DNA of 64,000 nt from an uncultured Methanoregulaceae archaeon (GTDB taxonomy: Archaea; Halobacteriota; Methanomicrobia; Methanomicrobiales; Methanospirillaceae), in NCBI GenBank assembly GCA_963701095.1, contig OY969564.1, positions 2,432,001 to 2,496,000 on the forward strand, written 5' to 3'. Numbering within the stretch: position 1 is the stretch's first letter; the number at the start of each line of letters is the position of its first letter. The position numbers were made by a program, and so were the translations under genes. The notes under the pieces are model-generated. The model was not told where the DNA came from. It saw nothing but the letters and a program-made list of their open reading frames with translations, and did not search any database. Shown here one piece after another: positions 1-10,293 of the stretch.

Positions 1-460
1 AAGTTCAGCTTAGAAAAATTAGGATAATAGATGATCACTGTCGTGAAAATACCGAATGCAATTGCGACGTTCCTATTATTATTGAAGTAATCTTTAACAT
101 AAAAAAAGAGATTCCGGGATTGTATGGATATATATCAGTAAATAAAAAAGACGGAACTTTGGTAATGATTTCTGATAGTTTTGATAATGAACCAAACAGT
201 CTCGACAATCTTGAACCAGGTATTCACTGTTTTCACATAATAATTCCAGCGAGAACCCTTGGCGCCGGACATTATTATATTTCTACAAGTTTTGCAAAAA
301 ATTACTTTGTGAATACAATTACTCTAGATTCGCACGACTTGGTTTATTCGTTTTTAGTGTTCGATGAAACGTCCTATCGCGGGACAGTATCCGGTGGACG
401 GGGCGGATTTTTTATACAAAATTAAAATGGGAACAGTGCAAGGATCCTATTCTTCGGTAA
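1..460 (+). CDS. C-terminal carbohydrate-binding domain of a Wzt-type polysaccharide ABC transporter ATPase (5' partial)
   Basis: Frame 3 is open from the window start (VQLRKIRIID...LEPG..F.IIIP..L.AG.Y.I), which resembles Wzt_C. The track ORF stops at 425, but one extra T in the T6 run at 408-413 gives GFFYTKLKWEQ...* ending at 460. Confidence 0.6.
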
Positions 461-762
461 GTGTTGAACCCGGTTCCGCCGTTGCAGAAGGTAATCATAG
501 AGAAACTGGATTCTTATCCCTCTGTGATAGAACATTTTTTTATAAAAACACGTAATAGACTTTAATCAAGAGAGGTATTGTAAAGGAATCAGCAGAATCT
601 TCAATATTGGTAGAACTAATATTTTATTATGTAAACAATAATATATGGGGTAGACGTGAGAAATAGATGAGATACTATGAGAATATCTTATGGGGGGATT
701 CAAAATTTTCGGATCCTTTTTAGGCATAAATCATTTTAAAATTAAGATGATCCATTCAAATA

Positions 763-1494
763 ATGGTCAAAACTAACGGAAGGAATAACTTGAAACTTAA
801 AATTCTTGCTATAATCCCCGCACGGGGAGGTAGTAAAGGCATTCCTAAAAAAAATATCCGTTTGTTAGCGGGAAAACCATTGATTGGATATTCTATAAAT
901 GTGGCAAAAAAATCAAAATTTTTGAATTATGTTGTTGTGTCAACAGACGATAGTGATATTGCGGCATATGCAAAAGAAAATGGAGTGGATGTAATAGATC
1001 GACCTCCCGCGATTTCAAATGATGAGTCCCCAGTTTTAGACACTATTATTCATACCATATTGACGTTAAAAGAAAATGATGGTTTATTACCGGATATTAT
1101 AGTACTTTTACAGCCAACCTCCCCGCTTAGAAATGCTGAAGATATCGATGGTGCAATTCAGCTTTTTTTAGCCGGAAAATTTGATTCAGTTATCAGTGTC
1201 TGTCAGACAGAACACTCACCGTACTGGTGTTTCAAGATTTCTGGGACTAAACTAATACCCTTGTTTAATAAAAAAATGTCATTAGCCCGAAGACAGGATT
1301 TGCCTCAAACATATAGGCCAAACGGGGCAATTTATATTACTACGCCGCGTTCATTAAAAAAAAATTGCGGCTTTATGACTGATAATACGGCGCCATATAT
1401 AATGCCCATTGAACGCAGTATCGATATTGATAATCAGTTGGATTTTTCCCTTGCGGAGTCATTAATAGAAAAAAGTGAAAAGTTTATTGACTGA
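763..1494 (+). CDS. neuA: CMP-nonulosonate (acylneuraminate) cytidylyltransferase
   Basis: Motifs IIPARGGSKGIPKKN, VSTDD, LLQPTSPLR, NGAIY and SIDID. The start may be TTG at 790. Confidence 0.93.
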   Translation: MVKTNGRNNLKLKILAIIPARGGSKGIPKKNIRLLAGKPLIGYSINVAKKSKFLNYVVVSTDDSDIAAYAKENGVDVIDRPPAISNDESPVLDTIIHTILTLKENDGLLPDIIVLLQPTSPLRNAEDIDGAIQLFLAGKFDSVISVCQTEHSPYWCFKISGTKLIPLFNKKMSLARRQDLPQTYRPNGAIYITTPRSLKKNCGFMTDNTAPYIMPIERSIDIDNQLDFSLAESLIEKSEKFID

Positions 1495-2189
1495 TTCTTT
1501 TCGGATAGTAACTTAGACTCCAGCTTGTTATGGGAGATATATTTTTTGTGAACGACCTTGCCTATATTGATCTTCGGTTCAATTCTTCTTAGATTTGATT
1601 GAGGATATTTTTTATTTTAATCTTTTTCTGAAGTCAGGATATCAGATCGATAGTTTATCGGGACTGGACAAATACTAGGATCGCAGGCCATGAGAGTACT
1701 ATTCATAAAGTGAAAAGAACCAATCTCTTTCCAAACTATTTTTTTAACCGGTAAAGGGTTCCTAGATCTTATTCCTCTCATACTTCAAATTCATCTTTTG
1801 CCAGGACAATTTGAATCTTTGTCAACGTCCTGCGCATCCGACGTCGTTCGAAAGGGTTTTTCAAAGAAAGAGTTGGAATTTTGTTATCATGAGTAAAAGA
1901 AAAGATTTGTTTTCATTAATACCTCGTAACTCATACTCATTATTTGTGATGGATAAAATTTTTAACATTTTTAATCCAGTAAATCCCTCTTGTTTTGGTG
2001 GCTGAAATAGTACATAACTCTAACTTTATATAATCTGCCTATTTCCAGGAATGTATATTACTTTTATTCTTACAAGAGATTACCGTTATTGTATCGATAT
2101 GGATTGATAGGTACAAATAGTAAAAAAATAAAGAATTACTGAAAATTCTTTATAGGATTATGAAATATTGAATTTCGGGGCAGAAATAC

Positions 2190-3611
2190 ATGAAAAGTAA
2201 TGGAAAAGTTCTATTTATTGTCCATGATTTGTATCAAGACGATAATCACTTCCCTCTGGGTATCGGGTATCTTTCAGCAGTTCTGAAAAAAGAGGGGGCA
2301 GACGTCTCTGTATACTGCATGGATATTTTCCATTACACAAACGCCGAACTAGCCGAACATCTCAAGAAAAATCTTTATGACCTGATCTGCGTAGGTTTTC
2401 TTGCAGCCAGGTTTAAAGAGACTGTGCTGGACCTCTGCAGGGTAATCAACCAAGACAAGAAATCTGCATGGCTGGTGTTAGGTGGTCACGGTCCGACTCC
2501 GATTCCGGAATATGTTCTGGATAAAACGGGAGCAGACGTCATCGTCCTAGGGGAAGGGGAAGAGACATTACCCGAACTGCTTAAATGCAAGGCGGACGAT
2601 GGAGACCGGGCCAAAGTCCGGGGTATTGCTTATATGGAAAACGGCACGTTCCAGACCACTGGCCGGAGAAAGCCGATCCGTGACCTTGATACGATTCCTT
2701 TCCCGGAGTGGTCCATCTTCCCGATGGATGAGTATATTAACAGCCTTAAATTGTTCAGGTTCCAACCTGAAGATCGCTGTTTCGGCATTTTAACAAGCAG
2801 GGGCTGCATTAACAGGTGCAACTTCTGCTACCGCATGGAACGAGGAATCCGGTTCCGCAGCATAAAAAATGTCATCGAAGAGATCCGGTTTCTTAACGAA
2901 CGATATGGAGTCAATTATTTCCTGATGAATGATGAGTTGTTCGTTTATCCGAAAAAGCGGATTTTTGAATTCAGGGACGAACTGCAAAAAACAGATCTCC
3001 GGATCAAATTTGTCTGTAATGCTCGTGTCGATTTATTCGATGAGGAAGAAGCGTCCTGTCTCAAAGAGGCCGGATGCCAGTTTCTGAACTTCGGCATGGA
3101 ATCATCAGATCAGAATGTCCTGAACCTGATGAACAAGAACACGACCGTAGAAGAGAATTTACGTGCTGCAGAAATTGCTAAGAGAGCGGGGCTAGGACTC
3201 GGATTGAATTTCATATGGGGGAACATCGGGGATACGGAGACATCACTCAAAAACAATGCAGCGTTAATCAAGAAATACACTACCTATGATTACATCAGGA
3301 CTATCCGCCCTGTTACACCGTATCCAGGATGTGATCTGTATTATCATGCGATAGAGCGGGGATTGTTAAAAGGACCGGATGATTTCTTTGAGAAGTTTAA
3401 GAATTCGGATCTGATGATGATCAATTTCATGGAGATTCCCGAAAAACGGGTATATGAATTACTCTTTGAAGTCAACTCCGACCTGATCCTCGATTATTAT
3501 GCCCATACATCCAAGGATAAAGCTGCTGCAACCAGGCTCATAGAAGATTTCCGGAAGCTCTATTTCGAGGGGATCAACACATTCCGGGGAGCAAGGCATT
3601 ACAAAAAATGA
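2190..3611 (+). CDS. B12-binding radical SAM protein (class B methyltransferase-like)
   Basis: N-terminal cobalamin-binding domain (PLGIGYLSAVL, GGHGPT, GEGEET) followed by SRGCINRCNFC (CxxxCxxC), GMES and PYPG. Confidence 0.9.
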   Translation: MKSNGKVLFIVHDLYQDDNHFPLGIGYLSAVLKKEGADVSVYCMDIFHYTNAELAEHLKKNLYDLICVGFLAARFKETVLDLCRVINQDKKSAWLVLGGHGPTPIPEYVLDKTGADVIVLGEGEETLPELLKCKADDGDRAKVRGIAYMENGTFQTTGRRKPIRDLDTIPFPEWSIFPMDEYINSLKLFRFQPEDRCFGILTSRGCINRCNFCYRMERGIRFRSIKNVIEEIRFLNERYGVNYFLMNDELFVYPKKRIFEFRDELQKTDLRIKFVCNARVDLFDEEEASCLKEAGCQFLNFGMESSDQNVLNLMNKNTTVEENLRAAEIAKRAGLGLGLNFIWGNIGDTETSLKNNAALIKKYTTYDYIRTIRPVTPYPGCDLYYHAIERGLLKGPDDFFEKFKNSDLMMINFMEIPEKRVYELLFEVNSDLILDYYAHTSKDKAAATRLIEDFRKLYFEGINTFRGARHYKK

Positions 3612-3618
3612 TTGGGAA

Positions 3619-4836
3619 TCAGAGATTCTTCTCCCATATTTTGTTTTTCAGTTCCCATGAGCCGCTGTTACAGGTCCAGAGGTGATCAGGGCGGGCATTA
3701 TCAATAATTTTATAAAATTCTTCCTCTGTCAGTCCCATATAATCCAGACAGTCGCGGAGGTACATTTTCGGAAATTCCCCATCGAATCTTTTAACCAGTC
3801 GAACACCTTCGTCCCGGGTAATATCACCGTTCCGGATCTCCTGAGCGCTGTCGAAAGTGGCCCGGCCTATACCGAATTTAACATACATCGTATAAAAATG
3901 CAACCAGTCTATTTTATCATCAATTGAACTATATTTGCTGTAGCTGCCTTCGGTTCTGAAATCATTGGGCAAAAAATCTGAATGTTCAACGGCGTAATAA
4001 TAGGTTTCCTGCGGATGCCATGGGAGATAATAACCAAGGTAATGGACTTCAGTTCCGACATTATCTAGTTGGGAGGGTTCGGCGGGAAGGTATGCCTCAA
4101 GATCGGATAATTCCAGATGGTAATTTTTCATTATCTCTTTGGCGTTCTCTCCGCCAAGATAGATATGATCGAGTTCACGCTCCATCGAATAAAAGGAGGA
4201 ATCACGTTTTGCGTTCAAATTATCTGCAACCGGGTTGCCGTACTCTGCCTCGTTCTCCCCGTAAACTACTAGTGGGATGTTGAACTGGGTTGAAAATTTG
4301 GGTGCAAGGTTTTTCTGACCGATGATGAAAGGCTGAAATGGATGGACAAGGTTTAAGAATGCCAACCGGGTCAAAAGGCGGTGCACTTTCTGGTTCGGCC
4401 AGTACGTATAATTTGCAAAACCTGAATTCAACCAGGATTCAAAATTTCGCCTTCCGACGCGGGTATATATATGGGGCGGCCAGGTTATCAGGAGCGGATG
4501 CATGTTGTATTTGTACTTCAGTATATGTGCCGCCATGACGCTGTCTTTGCCCCCGCTCCCCGGGACAATCACGTCATATTTGCCGTCAGATCTCCTGAAC
4601 CGGTCGCAGAGATCTTCGAGATCTTTTCGGCGTTTTTCCCAATCGATCATGAGTTTTTTTTCGGCAAACCGGCACGCTTCGCAGATGCCCTCGTCATCAA
4701 AAGCGATCGCCCTCTTTTTATCTCCCGGCTTATTTTTAAATTCGATGGTGGAGGACGGTCGCTGGTTGTTCATCGTGCATTTTTTGCAGAATTTTACTGT
4801 TGTGGGTAGACCGTACATTCCAAATTCTTCTGTCAT
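3619..4836 (-). CDS. N-acetyl sugar amidotransferase (PseA/WbuX-like), module 1
   Basis: FCKKC...CEAC N-terminus, PP-loop SGGKDS, KFGIGRA; operonic with hisH/hisF-like genes. Confidence 0.88.
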   Translation of the reverse strand: MTEEFGMYGLPTTVKFCKKCTMNNQRPSSTIEFKNKPGDKKRAIAFDDEGICEACRFAEKKLMIDWEKRRKDLEDLCDRFRRSDGKYDVIVPGSGGKDSVMAAHILKYKYNMHPLLITWPPHIYTRVGRRNFESWLNSGFANYTYWPNQKVHRLLTRLAFLNLVHPFQPFIIGQKNLAPKFSTQFNIPLVVYGENEAEYGNPVADNLNAKRDSSFYSMERELDHIYLGGENAKEIMKNYHLELSDLEAYLPAEPSQLDNVGTEVHYLGYYLPWHPQETYYYAVEHSDFLPNDFRTEGSYSKYSSIDDKIDWLHFYTMYVKFGIGRATFDSAQEIRNGDITRDEGVRLVKRFDGEFPKMYLRDCLDYMGLTEEEFYKIIDNARPDHLWTCNSGSWELKNKIWEKNL

Positions 4837-4849
4837 AACTGGATACTCA

Positions 4850-5449
4850 TTACAAATTGATGAAATTGTTCAGAACTGCAATTCCCGCCTCACGACTTTT
4901 TTCCGGATGGAATTGGACACCATAAAGATCTTTTTTCTGGGTGACGGAGACAAATTTGTGGTTGCAATAATTGGTAAGAGCGATTACATCGGTATAATTA
5001 ACGACTTCATACGAGTGCATGAAATAAAAATTATCGTCATCGGTAATCCCCGATAACAGGGGAGAATTCCTGACAATGGATAATCTGCCCCATCCGAGAT
5101 GAGGGACTTTGCATTTGACTTCCATCTTTTTTACTTCGGCGTCGATGAGGTTCAGGCCCGGCGTTTCACCAAACTCATATCCGACTTTTGAGAACATCTG
5201 CATGCCCAAACAAATTCCCAGCGTGGGGTGTTCCAGAATCTGGCGATGGAGAACGGATTTCAGATCGCCGAGATTTTCCATTGCATCCTTGAAACTCCCG
5301 ACACCGGGAAGAACGATTTTATCGATCTCGTCAAAATCATTTTTTGTTTTAATAATTTTTACCGTCGCCCCAGCGCGTTCAAGTGCTTTACGTACACTGT
5401 AAATATTTCCCGATACGCTATAATCCAGTAAACCGACTACCGTACTCAT
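4850..5449 (-). CDS. HisH-like glutaminase of acetamidino module 1
   Basis: LPGVGSF, GICLGMQ and QFHPEKS give an intact Cys-His-Glu triad; glycan context. Confidence 0.88.
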   Translation of the reverse strand: MSTVVGLLDYSVSGNIYSVRKALERAGATVKIIKTKNDFDEIDKIVLPGVGSFKDAMENLGDLKSVLHRQILEHPTLGICLGMQMFSKVGYEFGETPGLNLIDAEVKKMEVKCKVPHLGWGRLSIVRNSPLLSGITDDDNFYFMHSYEVVNYTDVIALTNYCNHKFVSVTQKKDLYGVQFHPEKSREAGIAVLNNFINL

Positions 5450-6201
5450 TGCGCCACCTCAATACCGTAATTAGTAAGGTACGATTTAATTTCAGTAACG
5501 GTTGTCATGTTATAGTGAAGAAGACTACCTATCGCAACAGCATCAGGATTTGCCTTTTTTACCATGGTTTTTATATCTTCGAGAGATCCGGCACCACTGG
5601 CGGCAATGATGGGAATTCTTACTTCCGAGACTATGCTTGCTATCAGTTCGGTATCAAATCCCTTCTTTTGGCCGTCATGATCCACGGTGCTGATGAGAAT
5701 CTCCCCCGCACCAAGTGATTCGACCTCTTTTGCCCACATGAGGGCATCCTTCCCGCTGCGAATCCTGCCACAGTCGCTGTAGCATTCCCACCAGTCATTC
5801 CATCGTTTTGCAACGATATGGACAACTACGGCCTGAGATCCAAATATTTCGGCAGCCCTTTTAATTATCGAGGAATCTTGCTGGAGGGCAAAGGTATTAA
5901 TTATAACTTTATCTACGCCGTTATGGAGCAACTGCGCAAAATGTTCGATGGTCTGGACGCCTCCTCCGGCGGCAAATGGGACGTAAAGGCTCTGGGAGGT
6001 CTGGTGTATGGGATCGAGCAATAGGGGACGACGGTACAAACTTGCAACAATATCCTCATAAATTATTTCATCAGCGCCCTGATTATAATATTTCAAAGCA
6101 AGATCCTGCGGACTGCCCATTTTTCGCAGGCCTTCAAAATGGATTGGTTTTACGACATATGGAGGTTTAACGTCCAAACGGGCAATAATTCGCAAAGGCA
6201 T
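5446..6201 (-). CDS. HisF-like cyclase-fold subunit of acetamidino module 1
   Basis: RIIARLDVK, GGGV, GAGEI...DG..GFD and ASGAG motifs; 4-nt overlap with the hisH-like gene. Confidence 0.87.
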   Translation of the reverse strand: MPLRIIARLDVKPPYVVKPIHFEGLRKMGSPQDLALKYYNQGADEIIYEDIVASLYRRPLLLDPIHQTSQSLYVPFAAGGGVQTIEHFAQLLHNGVDKVIINTFALQQDSSIIKRAAEIFGSQAVVVHIVAKRWNDWWECYSDCGRIRSGKDALMWAKEVESLGAGEILISTVDHDGQKKGFDTELIASIVSEVRIPIIAASGAGSLEDIKTMVKKANPDAVAIGSLLHYNMTTVTEIKSYLTNYGIEVAQ

Positions 6202-6638
6202 TGTTTAGCTCTTTTATACATGTTCTTTTTTTTTATAAGAATCTTCCTTTACCTGTAAATATAGTGTTTTTATGAAAAATACGAGGTAAAAATTACGATA
6301 TTTTTTTTATTATTATTTTTAATTATAGTACTATTAAATATCGGATTAAATGGATCTGATTCGAAGGGAAGACATCCTCCGAAACGGGAGCGTATGGGGG
6401 TCTTTTCCTTTTTTAGTTCAATATATGTACAAATGAGAAGCAAATCGACCATTTCTACATCAAAAGCGCTTAGGCGTACGGTACCGTAATTTTTCCTGAA
6501 AACGGGTTCTCTAATGAGGGAAGGTGCTTTAAAAAATATTTTTTTAAATCTTAAAGGGTTTGTTTCTGAATTATTGAATCAGGTATTAATATCCAGAAAA
6601 CAAAAGGGGATATGAGATAACTTATATCATGGAGAAAA

Positions 6639-7709
6639 ATGGCGGATATTACTATCGGGAGTCGAGTGATCGGCAATGGACATCCTTGTTTTATCATTGC
6701 AGAAGCCGGTGTAAATCATAATGGCGATCTTTCCCTCGCCAAGCGCCTGATCGATACTGCAGCAGAATCCGGTGCTGACGCGGTTAAATTTCAGACGTTT
6801 CAAGCGGATTTTGTTGTCACAAAAAATGCAAAAAAAGCATCTTATCAAAAATCTACTACAGGGAAAACGGAATCTCAATATGATATGATTCATAGACTCG
6901 AACTGCCATTTAAAGCATTTGCGGAACTAAAGAGATATGCGGAAAGCAAAAAAATACTCTTTCTTTCAACACCATTCGACCGTAACAGCGTCGATTTTCT
7001 GGAGAAGATTAAAATATCGGCTTACAAAATTCCTTCCGGGGAGATTGATAACCCCTCTCTTTTGGCTCATATTGCAAGGAAACACAAACCAATTATCCTG
7101 TCAACGGGGATGTCAACGCTTGGCGAGATTGAAAGATCAATCAGGCTTATTTTTTCAGAAGGTGGGAAGGAGATCGCCTTGCTACATTGTATTACGGCGT
7201 ATCCAGCCCGAGTTAAAGACGTAAATCTGCGGGCAATGGAGACCATGCGGTGTGCTTTTAAAGTTCCGGTTGGATTTTCTGATCATACCTTGGGAATATC
7301 CATTCCGATAGCGGCAGTATCGATGGGTGCCTGCATATTAGAAAAACACTTTACCCTCGATAAAACATTGCCAGGCCCCGATCATAGGGCATCTTTGGAT
7401 CCCATAGAATTACAAATGATGGTCCGGGCAATTCGGGATGTCGAAAGCGCTAAAGGAAATGGAATTAAAAATCCCTCACACTCCGAAATAAAAAACAAAA
7501 GATCGATACGGAGAAGTATTGTTGCCGCCAGGGATATCCCGAAGAATGCTATTATAGGCGAGGATTCCGTATCTGTAAAACGGCCAGGAACAGGTATCAG
7601 CCCGGTCAATTTATCCTTGGTTCTTGGTTCTGTGGCAAAAAGGAACATAAAAAACGACGAAGTTCTTTCCTGGAATGATATTATCATTCATCATGGTGAA
7701 GGGGAATAA
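6639..7709 (+). CDS. neuB: nonulosonate (sialic/legionaminic acid-type) synthase with C-terminal SAF domain
   Basis: IIAEAGVNHNGD, KFQTF, KIPSGE, LSTGM, LHC..YP, GFSDHT, EKHFTLD, RRSIVA and KRPGTGISP. Confidence 0.95.
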   Translation: MADITIGSRVIGNGHPCFIIAEAGVNHNGDLSLAKRLIDTAAESGADAVKFQTFQADFVVTKNAKKASYQKSTTGKTESQYDMIHRLELPFKAFAELKRYAESKKILFLSTPFDRNSVDFLEKIKISAYKIPSGEIDNPSLLAHIARKHKPIILSTGMSTLGEIERSIRLIFSEGGKEIALLHCITAYPARVKDVNLRAMETMRCAFKVPVGFSDHTLGISIPIAAVSMGACILEKHFTLDKTLPGPDHRASLDPIELQMMVRAIRDVESAKGNGIKNPSHSEIKNKRSIRRSIVAARDIPKNAIIGEDSVSVKRPGTGISPVNLSLVLGSVAKRNIKNDEVLSWNDIIIHHGEGE

Positions 7710-7711
7710 AC

Positions 7712-8470
7712 ATGGTTCGTGCAGCATGGCTGTCAGCAAATGTATTTGGATATGAGCTTTTAAAAGAGGCCGTGAAAGTAAAAAATTTCGATATTCAAGT
7801 TATTTTTACACTCTCAAAAAATTCAAAGACCCTGATGTACGATCCCATGGAATTGAAAAAATGGCATGAATTTGGGATACCCGTCTGTGAAATTTCAAAT
7901 ATTAATGAGGAAATTAGTCTTGTGCAGTCATATTCCGTAGATCTCATTATAATGTGCGGATGGCGACAGATTATTCGCCATGACCTGATTAGAAGCGTTC
8001 CAAAGGGTATTATCGGGTTTCATCCTACCCGCTTGCCATACGGGAGAGGGCCGGCACCAATTATAAACACGATCCTTGAAGGAATTACTGATTCAGCAGT
8101 AACAATGTATTTTATCTCTACAGGACTGGATGATGGAGATATCATCGGTCAGGAGCCGTTCATAGTTGAACCTGATGATTACGCACAGGATATTTATGAT
8201 AAAGTTATCTGCTCCGGAAAAAACCTCATAAATACCTATTTACCCCAAATAGTTAAGGGTAATGCTCCTCGAATCCCTCAAAATACCCGTGACGCTACAT
8301 ATTTCCAGAAACGCTCAATGATCGACAACCAAATAAATCTGGATCTGGATCCATTGGATCTAGTATATCGGAAGATACGTGCATTTTCCCGCCCATATAA
8401 CGGTGCTTATATCGAAAAAGGTAATAAAAAACTAATCATATGGAGGGCCGAGATCGGCGAGAACCCATGA
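7712..8470 (+). CDS. N10-formyl-THF-type sugar formyltransferase
   Basis: GFHPTRLPYGRGPAP and GLDDGDII motifs; C-terminal IRAFSRPYNGAY. Confidence 0.85.
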   Translation: MVRAAWLSANVFGYELLKEAVKVKNFDIQVIFTLSKNSKTLMYDPMELKKWHEFGIPVCEISNINEEISLVQSYSVDLIIMCGWRQIIRHDLIRSVPKGIIGFHPTRLPYGRGPAPIINTILEGITDSAVTMYFISTGLDDGDIIGQEPFIVEPDDYAQDIYDKVICSGKNLINTYLPQIVKGNAPRIPQNTRDATYFQKRSMIDNQINLDLDPLDLVYRKIRAFSRPYNGAYIEKGNKKLIIWRAEIGENP

Positions 8471-9627
8471 ACCGGAGAAAAATTTGCATCATCACCGGCA
8501 CCCGGGCGGAATTCGGCCTTTTAAAACCGGTGATGGAAAAGATCCGACAGTCCCCTTCACTTGAGTTGCAGGTTATCGCTACCGGGACGCACCTCCTCGA
8601 GGAGTATGGAAAAACCGTTCTGGAAATTGAAAGGGGCGGTTTTCATCCGGATGCATGCGTACCGATGATCATGGCCGGAAATGACAAAACATCAATGTCA
8701 CTTTCCATCGGTATGGGAATAATCTCATTCACCCAAGTACTTAATATTCTCAATCCGGAAATCGTTGTTGTGTTGGGAGATCGGTTTGAAATCTTTTCCG
8801 CAGCCGTCGCAGCTTCTTTTAGTGGCCGGGTAGTCGCTCATATATCCGGTGGAGATTCGCTTCAGGCAGGATATGACGAATACGTTCGTCATGCAGTCAC
8901 TAAAATCAGCCATATTCATTTTCCTTCGACTGGGACAAGTGCTCAAAGAATCATTAATTTGGGTGAAGATCCCGCATACGTATTTATTGCAGGCTCGACT
9001 GCGCTTGACACAATTTTGAAAACAACGGCCCCTTTATCTGACAATTTGTGCAGAAAATATGGCTTGGTCCCAAAGGAACAATTTGCACTTGTTATTCAGC
9101 ATCCCATAAGTACTGCTCCATCCGAATCGCAGAAGCAGATACGTATCACACTTGATGCGATTCTGGATCTCGGTCTTCGCATGATTGTCATCTATCCCAA
9201 CGTGGATCCCGGTGGAAAATTGATGATTGATGTGATTCAGCAATACCGGTCAGAATTTCCTGACCGGATTCTGGTTTATAAAAGCCTCCCGTTCGAGGAT
9301 TACCTAGGGATTATGAGGATTGCATCGGTCATGATAGGGAATTCAAGCAGCGGGATCATCGAATCATCATCCTTTCACCTGCCTGTGGTCAATATTGGCG
9401 AGCGGCAGAAAGGAAGAGAGAAGGCAGCAAATGTCTTGGATGTCCCCCATGACAAAGAAAAAATAAAAGATGCGATAAAGACTGCGCTTTACGATGAAAA
9501 CTTCAGAAAATCCGTGATGGGATCCACTAACCCATATGGGGATGGTCATGCAAGTGAAAGGATTGTAAAAGAATTGGAAAATGTTGATATAACTCCGGAA
9601 CTGCTTAAAAAACGGATTACCTACTGA
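8467..9627 (+). CDS. neuC: hydrolysing NDP-HexNAc 2-epimerase (NeuC/LegG family)
   Basis: ITGTRAEFG, LGDRFE, GNSSSG and NPYGDG.S.RI. The ATG at 8467 overlaps the upstream stop (ATGA). Confidence 0.93.
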   Translation: MNRRKICIITGTRAEFGLLKPVMEKIRQSPSLELQVIATGTHLLEEYGKTVLEIERGGFHPDACVPMIMAGNDKTSMSLSIGMGIISFTQVLNILNPEIVVVLGDRFEIFSAAVAASFSGRVVAHISGGDSLQAGYDEYVRHAVTKISHIHFPSTGTSAQRIINLGEDPAYVFIAGSTALDTILKTTAPLSDNLCRKYGLVPKEQFALVIQHPISTAPSESQKQIRITLDAILDLGLRMIVIYPNVDPGGKLMIDVIQQYRSEFPDRILVYKSLPFEDYLGIMRIASVMIGNSSSGIIESSSFHLPVVNIGERQKGREKAANVLDVPHDKEKIKDAIKTALYDENFRKSVMGSTNPYGDGHASERIVKELENVDITPELLKKRITY

Positions 9628-9637
9628 GGAATTTGCC

Positions 9638-10291
9638 ATGAAAATACTTGTCATTGCACCACATCCGGATGATGAAGTGCTTGGATGCGGTGGTACATTG
9701 GGGCGATTCTCCCATGAAGGCCACAGTGTTGTGCTTTGTATTGTTACGAAAGCATATACGCCGGAATGGTCCGCCGAATATATCCGGAAAAAATCTGAAG
9801 AAATTATAAAGTCCAACAAAAAAATTGGCATTCACCAGACGATATTTTTAGATTATCCGGCCGTGAAATTGGATACAATCCCACAGAAAGAATTAAATGA
9901 TTCACTTTATAAAATTGTCGTCAGTCAGAAACCCGATCTTGTCTTTATTCCCCATCACGGCGACCTAAATTTAGATCATCGCCTCGTGCATGAATCCGCC
10001 CTTGTGGCGACTCGCCCTTTTTCCACGAACGTCAATAAAATTCTAGCCTATGAAACATTGTCAGAAACTGAATGGGGATGCATGGGTACTCCATTCAGAC
10101 CCAATGTCTATATTGATATATCAGGTTTTATTGGACTAAAAAAAGAAGCGATGCAGCTTTTTGAGACCGAAGTAAAGAAAGCACCTCACCCGCGTTCAAC
10201 TGAACTCATATCAGTACTTGCCAGAAAAAGAGGGTCGGAAATCGGTATTGAATATGCTGAGGCTTTTATGCTGATACGTGAGGTGATCTAG
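9638..10291 (+). CDS. PIG-L/LmbE family N-deacetylase
   Basis: APHPDDEVLGCGG, DLNLDH and AEAF motifs. Confidence 0.88.
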   Translation: MKILVIAPHPDDEVLGCGGTLGRFSHEGHSVVLCIVTKAYTPEWSAEYIRKKSEEIIKSNKKIGIHQTIFLDYPAVKLDTIPQKELNDSLYKIVVSQKPDLVFIPHHGDLNLDHRLVHESALVATRPFSTNVNKILAYETLSETEWGCMGTPFRPNVYIDISGFIGLKKEAMQLFETEVKKAPHPRSTELISVLARKRGSEIGIEYAEAFMLIREVI

Positions 10292-10293
10292 CC

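Noticed and set aside
1617..1968. Two possible short minus-strand ORFs (about 63 aa needing one extra T, and 54 aa with ATGA overlap) between neuA and the rSAM gene
   Set aside because: No recognisable motifs, one needs an assumed frameshift, and short ORFs like these can arise by chance.
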